NCBI GenBank assembly: GCA_965203365.1 | Contig: OZ241878.1 | Span: 3,398,487-3,462,486, forward strand | Length of the DNA stretch: 64,000 nucleotides | Source of the DNA: Candidatus Poriferihabitaceae bacterium | GTDB taxonomy: Bacteria > Pseudomonadota > Gammaproteobacteria > Arenicellales > Poriferihabitantaceae | Direction of reading: 5' to 3' | Translations under genes and position numbers: made by a program | The notes under the pieces: generated by a model | Told to the model about the DNA's origin: nothing | The model's input: the letters and a program-made list of their open reading frames with translations, nothing else | Databases searched by the model: none | Part shown: positions 53,545-63,853 of the stretch, piece after piece | Layout: each line of letters begins with the position of its first letter | How positions within the stretch are numbered: the first letter of the stretch is position 1

Positions 53545-54666
53545 ATGGGAATGGCTCCACTTATGCCTGATCAAGGGTTTCGCAAAATACTTCTGGCTGT
53601 CAGCGGCATGTCACCGCAGATCATGACTGAAACATTGTATGCATTAATTCAGAAGAAAAACTGGATTCCAGATGCGGTTCACCTGATCACCACTGAAAAA
53701 GGACGGCAGAATGCCGTTCAGCAACTGCTGGAGGGCGAAGGACATTTTCAGCGGTTGCTTAACGACTATCAGGTCAACCAGCCAGTTGATTTCACTAGAC
53801 AGAGTATCACGGTAATCAGGGACGCAAACAACCATGCCATGACAGACCTGCGTACCCCTGAAGACAACGAGGCTGCTGCAAATACCATCAGTGCGAAAAT
53901 TCGCGAATTGACCAATGACCCTTCCATTGAATTGCATGTCTCCTTGGCAGGTGGTCGCAAGACCATGGGGTTTTATGCCGGTTATGCGCTTTCCCTGTTT
54001 GGTCGCCCGCAAGATCGACTGAGTCATGTGCTGGTTAGCGAGCATTACGAGAGTAACAGGGACTTCTTCTACCCAACACCATACTCCAAGGTGATTCGTT
54101 TTGGCGATAATCGGATGTTGGACACAAGTGCTGCCAAGGTATGGCTTGCGGAAATTCCTTTTGTACGCTTGCGTAGTGGTTTGCCACAAAGCTTATTGGA
54201 AGGGCGACATAGTTTCAGTGAAACGGTGGAGCTTGCCCGTAAAGCAACGGAAAAAGCCAAGTTGGTTCTAAACCCTGCGCAATGCCGTTATCAAGTAAAT
54301 GGTGAGCCAGGGAATCTGACTTCCGTACATATGGCAATTCTGCTCTGGGCAGCTGATCGTAAAACCGTCATTACACCTTTGGTAGAAGGCGAGAAAAATG
54401 CAGAATATGCCAAAGAAATTCTTCGGCTGGTCAATAAGTATGACCTCCCGTTACATGGCAGTACTGAAAAAAAACTGATAAAAGGCGATCTAATGCAATC
54501 CTTTCTGGAAACTAATATCTCCAGGCTAAACAGAGAACTGACCCGTCGATTAGGTCCTGAACTGAGTGGTTTATGTAAGCTTACTAAAATCAGGCAAAAT
54601 GGCGATTACGGGTATGCTTTGCCGACAAACCTTGAAATCACAATTCAGTTACAGGGGCGCTTATGA
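53545..54666 (+). CDS. CRISPR-associated CARF-like protein of the NE0113 family (TIGR02584/PF09623-like) with an extra C-terminal domain of about 150 aa
   Basis: The N-terminus ILLAVSGMSPQIMTETLYAL and the later SLAGGRKTMGFYAGYALSL are the hallmark blocks of the NE0113 family as I recall it. It is the first gene of the cmr cluster, with an ATGA overlap onto cmr1. The start could be 53563. Confidence 0.7.
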   Translation: MGMAPLMPDQGFRKILLAVSGMSPQIMTETLYALIQKKNWIPDAVHLITTEKGRQNAVQQLLEGEGHFQRLLNDYQVNQPVDFTRQSITVIRDANNHAMTDLRTPEDNEAAANTISAKIRELTNDPSIELHVSLAGGRKTMGFYAGYALSLFGRPQDRLSHVLVSEHYESNRDFFYPTPYSKVIRFGDNRMLDTSAAKVWLAEIPFVRLRSGLPQSLLEGRHSFSETVELARKATEKAKLVLNPAQCRYQVNGEPGNLTSVHMAILLWAADRKTVITPLVEGEKNAEYAKEILRLVNKYDLPLHGSTEKKLIKGDLMQSFLETNISRLNRELTRRLGPELSGLCKLTKIRQNGDYGYALPTNLEITIQLQGRL

Positions 54667-55676
54667 AGATGCTTGATCTGACCATCCGCTTCACTACGCC
54701 AGCCTTTCTGGGAAATGCAGAGCAAAGTGGCCAGTGGCGTACGCCGCCTTTCAAGGCGCTCTTGCGGCAGTGGTGGCGGGTGGTTTATGCAGCAGAAAAG
54801 CAATTCAGCATTGACATCGAAGCCATGTGTAGGGAAGAAGGTCTGTTGTTTGGTGATGCCGGGCTTGATGATGATCGCCGTGGTGAAGGCAGTAGTGCCA
54901 AGCCAGGTAAAAGCAAGATCCGGATTCGGCTTGATAATAAATGGGGCACAGGAAAACTGTTTCGAGCACCTGACATAGGTCGCATTTGGGTGGGGAAAAA
55001 CCAGATACCCGGAGCGCTGTATTCTGGCTATGGTCCGGTTAAACCGGGGCCGAAGTTGAAGGGAAAAGGGGCAATTAATTCAGGTGAGGGGACGCTTCTT
55101 CGAGTCGCTTTTCCGGAAGACTACTGTCTTGAGATTGAGCAAGCCTTTGCCCTGATCAACGAATATGGAACTGTCGGTGGGCGAAGTCGCAATGGTTGGG
55201 GTTCGTTCGAGTTGAAAGGAAAACTGCCTGCCCCGAATCCTGTCTTTCGGAATTGGAAAGATGCGATGGAACTTGACTGGCCTCATGCCTTGGGGAAGGA
55301 CGAGCGGGGTGAACTGGTTTGGAGGTCGGCATCACAGCCGAAATGGCAAGAAGCGATGCAGTTACTTGCACAGACTCGCTCTGACGTGCGCCGAGCGGTG
55401 CCGGAACGGTTAATGCTGGCATATCCTGATACCAGAGGGATATTGCCGGGATGGGGAAGGGATGCTCGGGTACCCAATTCATTGCGCTTCAAGGTCATAG
55501 CGGACGAAAAGCGATACGTTGCGTTAATCTTTCACATGCCATGCCGACCGGCAGTAAAGTTGTGGGAAAAGCTCTCCAAAAGTCAGCAACAAGATCTTCT
55601 AGACTGTTTTTCCAAAGCACACTGTTTCCTGGACGAGCATCCGAAATTCTACCGGCGGGAGAGTAATTGTGACTGA
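54663..55676 (+). CDS. cmr1: Type III-B RAMP protein Cmr1
   Basis: It has TTPAFLGNAE...WRTPPFKALLRQWWRVV (the Cmr1-type G-less RAMP N-terminal motif) and a G-rich loop GGRSRNGWGSF. It sits before cas10. Confidence 0.75.
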   Translation: MKMLDLTIRFTTPAFLGNAEQSGQWRTPPFKALLRQWWRVVYAAEKQFSIDIEAMCREEGLLFGDAGLDDDRRGEGSSAKPGKSKIRIRLDNKWGTGKLFRAPDIGRIWVGKNQIPGALYSGYGPVKPGPKLKGKGAINSGEGTLLRVAFPEDYCLEIEQAFALINEYGTVGGRSRNGWGSFELKGKLPAPNPVFRNWKDAMELDWPHALGKDERGELVWRSASQPKWQEAMQLLAQTRSDVRRAVPERLMLAYPDTRGILPGWGRDARVPNSLRFKVIADEKRYVALIFHMPCRPAVKLWEKLSKSQQQDLLDCFSKAHCFLDEHPKFYRRESNCD

Positions 55677-58600
55677 AAACAACAAAATCCTCTGGCAGAC
55701 CAAGCTCCACGCACGTCTACACGATCCGGCCGAAAAAGCACTGGTACTGTTGCGAGACCCTGCTGGACATGAGGGTGGTACCTCCCGTGTGTTGTGGCGA
55801 ATGGCCCGGGCTGATGAGATACCTGCGGAGAGCAGTATCGAAAACGACAGGGCTGATGTGCTTCATGCAGTAGCTTTTGACAAGGAGGGCATCAAACCTG
55901 ACACCTACAGAACCGTACAACGTGCCGACTGGTGGGCGGCGGCAGCAGACCGCCCTAATTGGCCGATGCAGGAAATCACCATCACTACAAAAAATGGGGA
56001 GGAAAAAACACTTTCCATTGCGCCTTGGGCGCAGGTGCGTTGGACCAATAAGCCAATCCTGATTCACCCCCTCACCGGCCAAGAGTTCAATCTGGGATGT
56101 TATGGCGCATTGAGTGATACCGATTTCCAAGATATCAAGCAACGCAGCTTTGATCATTTCTCAAACCTACTGGTGCGCGACAATGGCAGTACCGACTTCC
56201 AAAAATCCCTGCTTGCTTTCTGGCGCTTTGGTCCGGAAGTACAGGAAGATAATGACTATGGCAAACTCGGATCGCTATGGAATCTGCTGCCTGCCGATAC
56301 GCGTGTGCCTGATCACAGTATCTGGGATCATCTGGATCTGACGTCTGCTTTCGCAGGGGCCTTCACGGCTGACGAGGAGGGTCAGGCAGCTTTGCTGGCT
56401 CTCTCAATTGGCCCGGTTCAGCCCTTTATCGCGGCCGCCCGCAAATTGGATGATCTGTGGGCAGGTTCGCACCTGCTCTCGCGTTTGTCATGGGAAGCTA
56501 TGAAAGTGATCTGCGAAAGGTTGGGACCGGATGCCATTCTATTTCCACGCCTGCGCGGCATACCTCAGGTGGATTTGTGGCTGCGAGATAGCTGTAAGCT
56601 TCCCAAAAATCGGTTTGAAGGTTGTGACTGGAATAAGGGTGGAACTGATGCCAATCCCCTGTTTTCTGCAGCTTTGCCCAACCGCTTTGTAGCAGTAGTG
56701 CCAGCCAGCCAGACAAAAATGATTGCGGATCGGGTTGAGATGAAGGTACGTGAATGGCTGCAAGGGCTTGGGAAGGAAGTTGTCTCAAAACTTCTCACTG
56801 CAGCGGATTATGCGGAAGCGCCGGAAATCAATTCAACTCCCTACGAACAGATGAAGGAGCAACTCAACAGCTTCCCCGAAGTCCATTGGGCTGCAGTGCC
56901 CTTCTCCTTGATCCACTGTCGCGATGAAAAGAGACAGCGCAACCTGGATGTAGTGCAGCTTTCTAAATCTATGAAGCCTTTTTTTGCCGGTAACGCTGAG
57001 CCGGGGTTCCTTGGCTCTCATGCCTGGGATGTGTTACAACAGGATATAGAGTGGGATGATTACACCACTTTCTTTGCCCCCAATCCGGGTGTGCTCTATC
57101 CGGCTGTACATGATCTGGCCGAGCGCGTGCTGGCAGCGGCAAAATCGAATCGCGCCTTCGAGTCAATGAATCAGCAGGGCTGGCGTTGTTCGCTGACCGG
57201 AGAATCCGAATGGTTGACCACAGACAGAGCACAACTGGTCAAGTCATACCGGAATCAGGATGACACGCTCTGGACCAGAGTCGCCCAAGCAAAACCGGCT
57301 TGGGCGAAGCCGGGTGAACATCTTGGTGCTCTGTCAGCTATCAAGCGTCTGTGGCCAAACCTGTTTCTGGAGGAGGTCAGAAAGGCTCTGGGAGAAGATG
57401 AAAACGATCAGGGAATACAGCGTTTTGTTGTGTCCACCCATACCATGGCGCTGGCCCATCAACTCCGTGAGTTTCTGGTGAAAGATAAACCCCTTGACGA
57501 GGAACTGGCAGAAAAACTGCGACAGCCGCAACTTCAGCCTGCGGCACTCCCCAGAAAATTGGCAAGGAGCACGGAGGGCAACCGGGAAAAGCGCAATCTG
57601 GTAGCACGTATTCCGAATTGGCTGGACGCGGCCAGAGAGGTTGCCGAGGAAGGTGGTAAGAGTGATGAGCGGGAACTGTCGAGAATTCAAAAAACCATTA
57701 AGGAATTATTGGGCCCAGTGGAAGCCTACTACGGTCTGGTTCTCATGGACGGCGACCAGATGGGGGCAATTCTGGCTGGTGATGAGAAGGCCAAGACCAC
57801 TATTTCATACCAGGATAGCTTTCATCCCCAAGTGCGGCAAGGGTTCAAAGAACATGCCCAGCGGCAGCCAAAAATCGAGCAATACGGGAAGCAGGGTCGA
57901 GCCATATCGCCCAACCGTCATTTAGCCATATCCGGTGCGCTGAATGATTTTTCACTTACCGTGGCACGTCACGTGGTGGAAGAGGAATATCTGGGCCGAT
58001 TGATCTATGCTGGTGGCGACGATGTGCTGGCTATGTTGCCGGTAGCTGATCTGCTACCAGCCATGCAGCGACTGCGCTATGCTTATTCGGGCCAGGACCC
58101 CGAGCATACTGGTGGTCGTGAGGCCAGCGGACTGACCTTGAACAAAGGCTTCGCTATTTTGAAGGACAAGAAGCTCATGCGCATGATGGGCGAGAAGGCC
58201 ACGGCTTCCTGTGGTGCGGTCATCGCCCATCATCAGGCTCCATTAACTGCTGTTCTCCGTGAGTTGCGGGTCGCCGAGCAGTGTGCCAAGAACGAAGGTG
58301 GTCGTGACGCCTTTTCCATCACTATCATCAAGCGCTCGGGGGGCGCTCTGTACCTGACTGAAAAATGGGGTGAACCGGTCAGGTTAATGATCAGCCTACG
58401 GGATTTCCTAGCCTGCGACGGTGTTTCACGTCGTGCGGTTTATCACACTCTCCAGTGGCTGAATGAGCGCGAGCTACCTGCCAATGCCTTTGATAGCGGG
58501 TTGGCGCAATGTTTGCTGGCCCATCAATTTGAGCGACAGGCCGATGGTGATGTCAAGACAGAGGCACGGGGCTTAGCCAGTAATTTGATCAAAATGACTA

Positions 58601-58716
58601 TAACGCAGGAATGGCCGCAGGAAAAGCGCATCAACAAGCTGCGTAATTTTCTCTCCGTCGCTGAATTTCTGGCTCGGGAAACCCGCACAGGGGGCCTCGC
58701 AGGAGGTGGCTCATGA
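55669..58716 (+). CDS. cas10: Cas10/Cmr2, type III-B large subunit
   Basis: 1015 aa with a GTG start. It has PADTRVPDHSIWDHLDLTSA (Cmr2 N-terminal family block), a first palm motif LMDGDQMG (D694/D696) and the cyclase motif YAGGDDVLAML (GGDD = residues 782-785, nt 58012-58023). Confidence 0.9.
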   Translation: MTENNKILWQTKLHARLHDPAEKALVLLRDPAGHEGGTSRVLWRMARADEIPAESSIENDRADVLHAVAFDKEGIKPDTYRTVQRADWWAAAADRPNWPMQEITITTKNGEEKTLSIAPWAQVRWTNKPILIHPLTGQEFNLGCYGALSDTDFQDIKQRSFDHFSNLLVRDNGSTDFQKSLLAFWRFGPEVQEDNDYGKLGSLWNLLPADTRVPDHSIWDHLDLTSAFAGAFTADEEGQAALLALSIGPVQPFIAAARKLDDLWAGSHLLSRLSWEAMKVICERLGPDAILFPRLRGIPQVDLWLRDSCKLPKNRFEGCDWNKGGTDANPLFSAALPNRFVAVVPASQTKMIADRVEMKVREWLQGLGKEVVSKLLTAADYAEAPEINSTPYEQMKEQLNSFPEVHWAAVPFSLIHCRDEKRQRNLDVVQLSKSMKPFFAGNAEPGFLGSHAWDVLQQDIEWDDYTTFFAPNPGVLYPAVHDLAERVLAAAKSNRAFESMNQQGWRCSLTGESEWLTTDRAQLVKSYRNQDDTLWTRVAQAKPAWAKPGEHLGALSAIKRLWPNLFLEEVRKALGEDENDQGIQRFVVSTHTMALAHQLREFLVKDKPLDEELAEKLRQPQLQPAALPRKLARSTEGNREKRNLVARIPNWLDAAREVAEEGGKSDERELSRIQKTIKELLGPVEAYYGLVLMDGDQMGAILAGDEKAKTTISYQDSFHPQVRQGFKEHAQRQPKIEQYGKQGRAISPNRHLAISGALNDFSLTVARHVVEEEYLGRLIYAGGDDVLAMLPVADLLPAMQRLRYAYSGQDPEHTGGREASGLTLNKGFAILKDKKLMRMMGEKATASCGAVIAHHQAPLTAVLRELRVAEQCAKNEGGRDAFSITIIKRSGGALYLTEKWGEPVRLMISLRDFLACDGVSRRAVYHTLQWLNERELPANAFDSGLAQCLLAHQFERQADGDVKTEARGLASNLIKMTITQEWPQEKRINKLRNFLSVAEFLARETRTGGLAGGGS

Positions 58717-59933
58717 GCACTTCGGCCTCAACCAGGGAGTATCGATTCATCGAACCGCTGGATGTGTTGTTCCTGCGGGGGAATAAGCTGTTTGGTGACC
58801 CCGGCAGTTATGGCGAATGCCTTATTCCTCCTTGGCCTTCCGTGGCAGCAGGGGCGATCCGATCTCGCATGTTGGTCGATGATGGTATCGATCTCACCAA
58901 ATTCGAATGCAGTGAGATCAACCATCCGTCGCTGGGCACCCCGAAAAGCCCGGGCAGTTTCATGCTGGCTGGCTTTTATCTGGCCAGAAAAACTGCGGAC
59001 CATGAAACAGAAATCTTGATGCCTCCGCCAGCGGATCTGGTGATTGCACCGGATGAGACCCATGTCAATGTCAGTCAGCTGACACCGCAAGTGATCAGTT
59101 CGACTTTGCAATCTTCCTTTCCCTTGGATCAACTGCCGGTGCTGGCTCAAGGCGCACAGCGCAGTAAGCCGCAAAGTGGTTACTGGCTCACTCAGTCCGG
59201 GTGGAAAGTCTACCTGCAAGGTGGCGTGCCTGCTGGTCAACAATTGGTGCATTCGTCAGAGCTATGGAGCTTAGATGCCCGTGTCGGCATTGGCATGAGC
59301 GAAGCTACTCGCAGTGTGGAAAGCGGCAAGTTATTTTCTGCCCAGGCGGTGGTGATGCACAAGCCTGGCAACCGCATTCGAAATGACAACAAAATCGGTA
59401 AGCCCTTGATTGCTGACTACACTGTGGGTTTTCTGGCAGCAGTCAGTGGTGCCGTACCACCGAAAAATGGGTTGCTGCGTTTTGGTGGCGATGGCCGTGC
59501 CGCCTCTCTTTCTCCAGCCGAAGTGATCAATCCCGAGGTGCTGGAGGACTATGGGGCAATTGCTGAAGCAAGACGCTGTCGTTTGGTGCTCACCAGTCCG
59601 GGTATGTTTCCAGGAGGCTGGAAACTGCCTGTCACCGACAACAGCAACCGGGTGGTGCTGCCTGGAAATATCCATGCCAAACTCGTATCTGCTGCTGTGC
59701 CCCGCGCCGAGATGGTCTCTGGTTGGGATCTGGCAAACTGGCAGCCTAAGGCAGCTCAACGCGTGGCCCCAACCGGCAGCGTTTACTGGCTGGAAGAACT
59801 GGAAGCTAGGTCAGGCTCACTGGACGAAGCCCTTAGCAAGCTTGAAGAAACTGGCCTGTGGGTGGACCCATGCGAGGATGACGGACGTCGGGTAGAGGGA
59901 TTCAACCGCTGTGCCATTGGAGTCTGGATATGA
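58713..59933 (+). CDS. cmr3: Type III-B protein Cmr3
   Basis: It has IEPLDVLFLRGNKLFG...PPWPSVAAGAIRSRML, the typical Cmr3 N-terminus. It has an ATGA overlap with cas10. Confidence 0.8.
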   Translation: MSTSASTREYRFIEPLDVLFLRGNKLFGDPGSYGECLIPPWPSVAAGAIRSRMLVDDGIDLTKFECSEINHPSLGTPKSPGSFMLAGFYLARKTADHETEILMPPPADLVIAPDETHVNVSQLTPQVISSTLQSSFPLDQLPVLAQGAQRSKPQSGYWLTQSGWKVYLQGGVPAGQQLVHSSELWSLDARVGIGMSEATRSVESGKLFSAQAVVMHKPGNRIRNDNKIGKPLIADYTVGFLAAVSGAVPPKNGLLRFGGDGRAASLSPAEVINPEVLEDYGAIAEARRCRLVLTSPGMFPGGWKLPVTDNSNRVVLPGNIHAKLVSAAVPRAEMVSGWDLANWQPKAAQRVAPTGSVYWLEELEARSGSLDEALSKLEETGLWVDPCEDDGRRVEGFNRCAIGVWI

Positions 59934-60072
59934 GTAAGCTGAAAATACTACCGGGTGCAGATCAGATAACTGGCGTTATCTGGATCTATCATCACCAGTA
60001 TTTCTCTTCAGACTGGTACGGGAGACTGCTTTAAACTCGCCCAAGAACATGATCAACTTGACAGGACCTTAG

Positions 60073-60987
<915 letters not shown>

Positions 60988-60989
60988 GC

Positions 60990-61376
60990 ATGAGCAAGCG
61001 ACCGACACTGGAACAGCAACGAGCGCAGGATGCGTGGAATTGTGTCAAAGTGGCTCAAGAGGAATCTGGCATCAGCTATGGCAGGTATGTCATTGCTGCC
61101 AAGGGATTCCCGATTCTGATTATGAATAGTGGTCTGATGCAGATGTTGGCCTTTGCCGAAGAGAAGAAAAAGGAACAGCAGCTTGTTGCTTGCCAGTTAC
61201 GAGCCTGGTTGAGCAAGCGCTTTCCAAAAGTTCTGAAAACATCAAATTTCCCTGAATTCATGAGATGTCTAATGTCTGATGCCAGTCCACAAGACTACCA
61301 AGCCATAAACGCCGAAGCTCTTGCCTGGCTGAAATGGATGCGCCAGATAGCTGCGGCTCAAAAGGGAGAGGAGTGA
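60990..61376 (+). CDS. cmr5: Type III-B small subunit Cmr5
   Basis: 128 aa and helical. The pattern TLEQQRAQDAW...YGRYVIAAKGFPILIMNSGLMQMLAF matches Cmr5. An alternative TTG start lies at 60984. Confidence 0.8.
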   Translation: MSKRPTLEQQRAQDAWNCVKVAQEESGISYGRYVIAAKGFPILIMNSGLMQMLAFAEEKKKEQQLVACQLRAWLSKRFPKVLKTSNFPEFMRCLMSDASPQDYQAINAEALAWLKWMRQIAAAQKGEE

Positions 61377-61377
61377 A

Positions 61378-62604
61378 ATGAATATCGCCGCTGTACCCGA
61401 CTATTTGGGCAAGTATCTGGACAAGGATTTCGAGAAAGCTTCTCCAAGCCTCCGTTTTGGAATGTATTTGCAAGTATGGGAAAAACAGGACTTCACGAAA
61501 GCCAAAGCCAAAGACAATAATCCCTTGAAGCAGGTGGGGAGGTTGAATGACAACGACAGGGATACCATGAAGTCCCTGCTTGAGCGTCAGCAAGCCACAT
61601 TCCCTGCGGCTTCCACTCTTATCGGTACTCTGCAGTTGGATGCTGTCTCCATATCGCCTTTTACCACTGGCCTCGGCAATGAACACCCTCTGGAAAATGG
61701 GTTTGCATTCATGAGTCCCTTCGGCTTGCCGTATTTACCTGGCAGTGGCGTCAAAGGTGTACTGCGTCAGGCAGCACATGATCTGGCTTGCGGTGAGTGG
61801 GGAAACAGTCACGATTGGGACAGCGATAAGCGTCCTGATGCCTCGGATAACGATGACAATTCGGAATCACCGATTGGTATTCTTTTCGGGAAAGAAGACG
61901 GCAACGATGCCCATCGCGGCGCACTCACCTTCTGGGACGTGATTCCGCAAATCAAGGGTGACCAATTGAGCGTTGAAATCATGACGCCGCATTATGGGCA
62001 CTATTACCAAGCTCCAAAGAATGAGCAACAAAGCCCTCACGATTGTGGTGAGCCTAATCCGATCAGCTTCCTGACTATCCCTCCAGGTTCCGGTTTCACT
62101 TTCTATGTTCAATGTAACCTGGATCTGTTAAAAAACCAAAAACCTGATCTTGCAGAAGGCGAGCAATGGAAAGTCCTGTTGGAACAGGCTTTCGAGTATG
62201 CCTTTACCTGGCTTGGCTTCGGTGCCAAGACGTCCGTAGGCTATGGTGCCATGAAGGAAGATGAAGCTAAAAGAGATGAGCGGATCAAACGAGAGCGAGA
62301 GAAAGAAGAAGAACGTGCTCGGCAAAATCGGAAAAAAGAAATAGACAGTATGGACCCGATAGAGAAAGCGATTGCTCAATGTCTGGAAGAGCGCAGTGAT
62401 AAAAACCAACCTGAAATCAATGCGCTTATTCAGTGCTTGAAGAATAATCATTGGGATGTTGAGTTAGCCAAAGGCGTCGCGTCTAAATTGAAAGACATGA
62501 TGCGAGAAAAGAAAAAATGGCGTGAGAAAAGCATGAAGAAGAATCCTGATAAGGATAAGGATTATCAAAACACCCAGTTTGTCATCAGAATTCTCAACAA
62601 ATAA
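61378..62604 (+). CDS. cmr6: Type III-B RAMP Cmr6 with a 116-aa Lys/Glu-rich C-terminal extension
   Basis: It has FTTGLGNEHPLENGFAF..GLPYLPGSGVKGVLRQ and the terminal RAMP loop GAKTSVGYGAM, followed by extra sequence (nt 62254-62601). The SD GGAGAGGAG lies upstream. Confidence 0.85.
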   Translation: MNIAAVPDYLGKYLDKDFEKASPSLRFGMYLQVWEKQDFTKAKAKDNNPLKQVGRLNDNDRDTMKSLLERQQATFPAASTLIGTLQLDAVSISPFTTGLGNEHPLENGFAFMSPFGLPYLPGSGVKGVLRQAAHDLACGEWGNSHDWDSDKRPDASDNDDNSESPIGILFGKEDGNDAHRGALTFWDVIPQIKGDQLSVEIMTPHYGHYYQAPKNEQQSPHDCGEPNPISFLTIPPGSGFTFYVQCNLDLLKNQKPDLAEGEQWKVLLEQAFEYAFTWLGFGAKTSVGYGAMKEDEAKRDERIKREREKEEERARQNRKKEIDSMDPIEKAIAQCLEERSDKNQPEINALIQCLKNNHWDVELAKGVASKLKDMMREKKKWREKSMKKNPDKDKDYQNTQFVIRILNK

Positions 62605-62656
62605 TGAGCATCCTCACCCTCACCCAGCACTAAGTCACTAAACAGGAGAACACTGC

Positions 62657-63853
62657 ATGGAAAATTTGCATCTGTGTGTTGTTACCGGTCAATCACTTGC
62701 CAACCTGATACCACTGCTGCAGGAGTGTCCGGAGCATATCGTGTTGATGCATACTAGCGATAAAATCACCGATGCCAAGTGTTTTGCAGATGCCTTAGAG
62801 AAAGCAGGCTTTGACAAATCACAGATTCATATCCATGGAGGATTGCCAACACACGGATTCGATGCCATTAGAGAGAATTTTTTATCTCTCTACGTTGAGT
62901 TGACATCAAGTTTCCCTGATGCCCGATTTACTTGGAATGCTACTGGGGGCACGAAACAGATGGCACTGGCGATCTGGGATGTGCTCGACCACAAAGATCG
63001 AAAAGATCGTGTCATCTACAGTGATACCCGTTATGGCTTTTTGGAAGAGTTGACTCCAAAAAATGAAGCTGTCGAGTTGAAATCGTTACTGACTCCGGAT
63101 TTGTATTTACACGCGCTCGGAAAAATCAAGCGTCGGGCAGAGTCTGATAAATCATTGTGGCGTGAACGTGCGGAGAATCGCAAAGAAGTGACTCGATATC
63201 TGGGTGATAAGGCGGAAATCCTCGCTGGGCTTATTCAGCAATTCAATCGCCAGTTGAACAGTGATTCATGCTGGCATTCGTTGAATTTGAAATGGCATAA
63301 GAGGCAATGGAAGCACGCACTGGAATTGCTCAAGCAGCATAATGTAATCGACCCACAGGGTGAAGAGGAAAATACGTCATCATTCCGCATCCTGGACAAA
63401 GACGCTCAATATTTGACTGGCGGCTGGTTGGAGGAGTACATCTGGCATGTTGCGAAGGACCAACGGGTGGACCATGTGGAGATTGGCCTGAAATTTGGTG
63501 ATCTGGCGCATCGGAAAATGGGTCAGGACAATGAAATCGACGCCTTTATTATCCATCGTAATCGACTTCTGCTGATGGAATGTAAATCGGGCTGGATGGG
63601 CAAAGATGAGAGAAAAGACAGTGATATCATCTACAAGCTCGACAGTATAGGCCAGCATGCTGGCGGTACACAGGCTATCCGCCTTCTGGTTTCGGCGCAA
63701 GCACTTCAACATAAAACCACTGCTGGCCGTAAAGTTGATACCAAAGCCAGAGCACAAGCTAATGATATCCATACGCTTGAGGCGAATGAACTGAAAACTC
63801 TGGGAGATCGAATACGGCGCTGGAAAGACTCGGGACAGTGGAGTTCAGAATGA
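62657..63853 (+). CDS. CARF + PD-(D/E)xK nuclease effector (Can2/Card1-like, DUF1887-type)
   Basis: The N-terminal CARF carries NATGGTKQMAL. The C-terminal nuclease carries GGWLEEYIW and E293-I-D295 ... E308-C-K310 (nt 63533-63586). The SD AGGAGA lies upstream. Confidence 0.8.
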   Translation: MENLHLCVVTGQSLANLIPLLQECPEHIVLMHTSDKITDAKCFADALEKAGFDKSQIHIHGGLPTHGFDAIRENFLSLYVELTSSFPDARFTWNATGGTKQMALAIWDVLDHKDRKDRVIYSDTRYGFLEELTPKNEAVELKSLLTPDLYLHALGKIKRRAESDKSLWRERAENRKEVTRYLGDKAEILAGLIQQFNRQLNSDSCWHSLNLKWHKRQWKHALELLKQHNVIDPQGEEENTSSFRILDKDAQYLTGGWLEEYIWHVAKDQRVDHVEIGLKFGDLAHRKMGQDNEIDAFIIHRNRLLLMECKSGWMGKDERKDSDIIYKLDSIGQHAGGTQAIRLLVSAQALQHKTTAGRKVDTKARAQANDIHTLEANELKTLGDRIRRWKDSGQWSSE

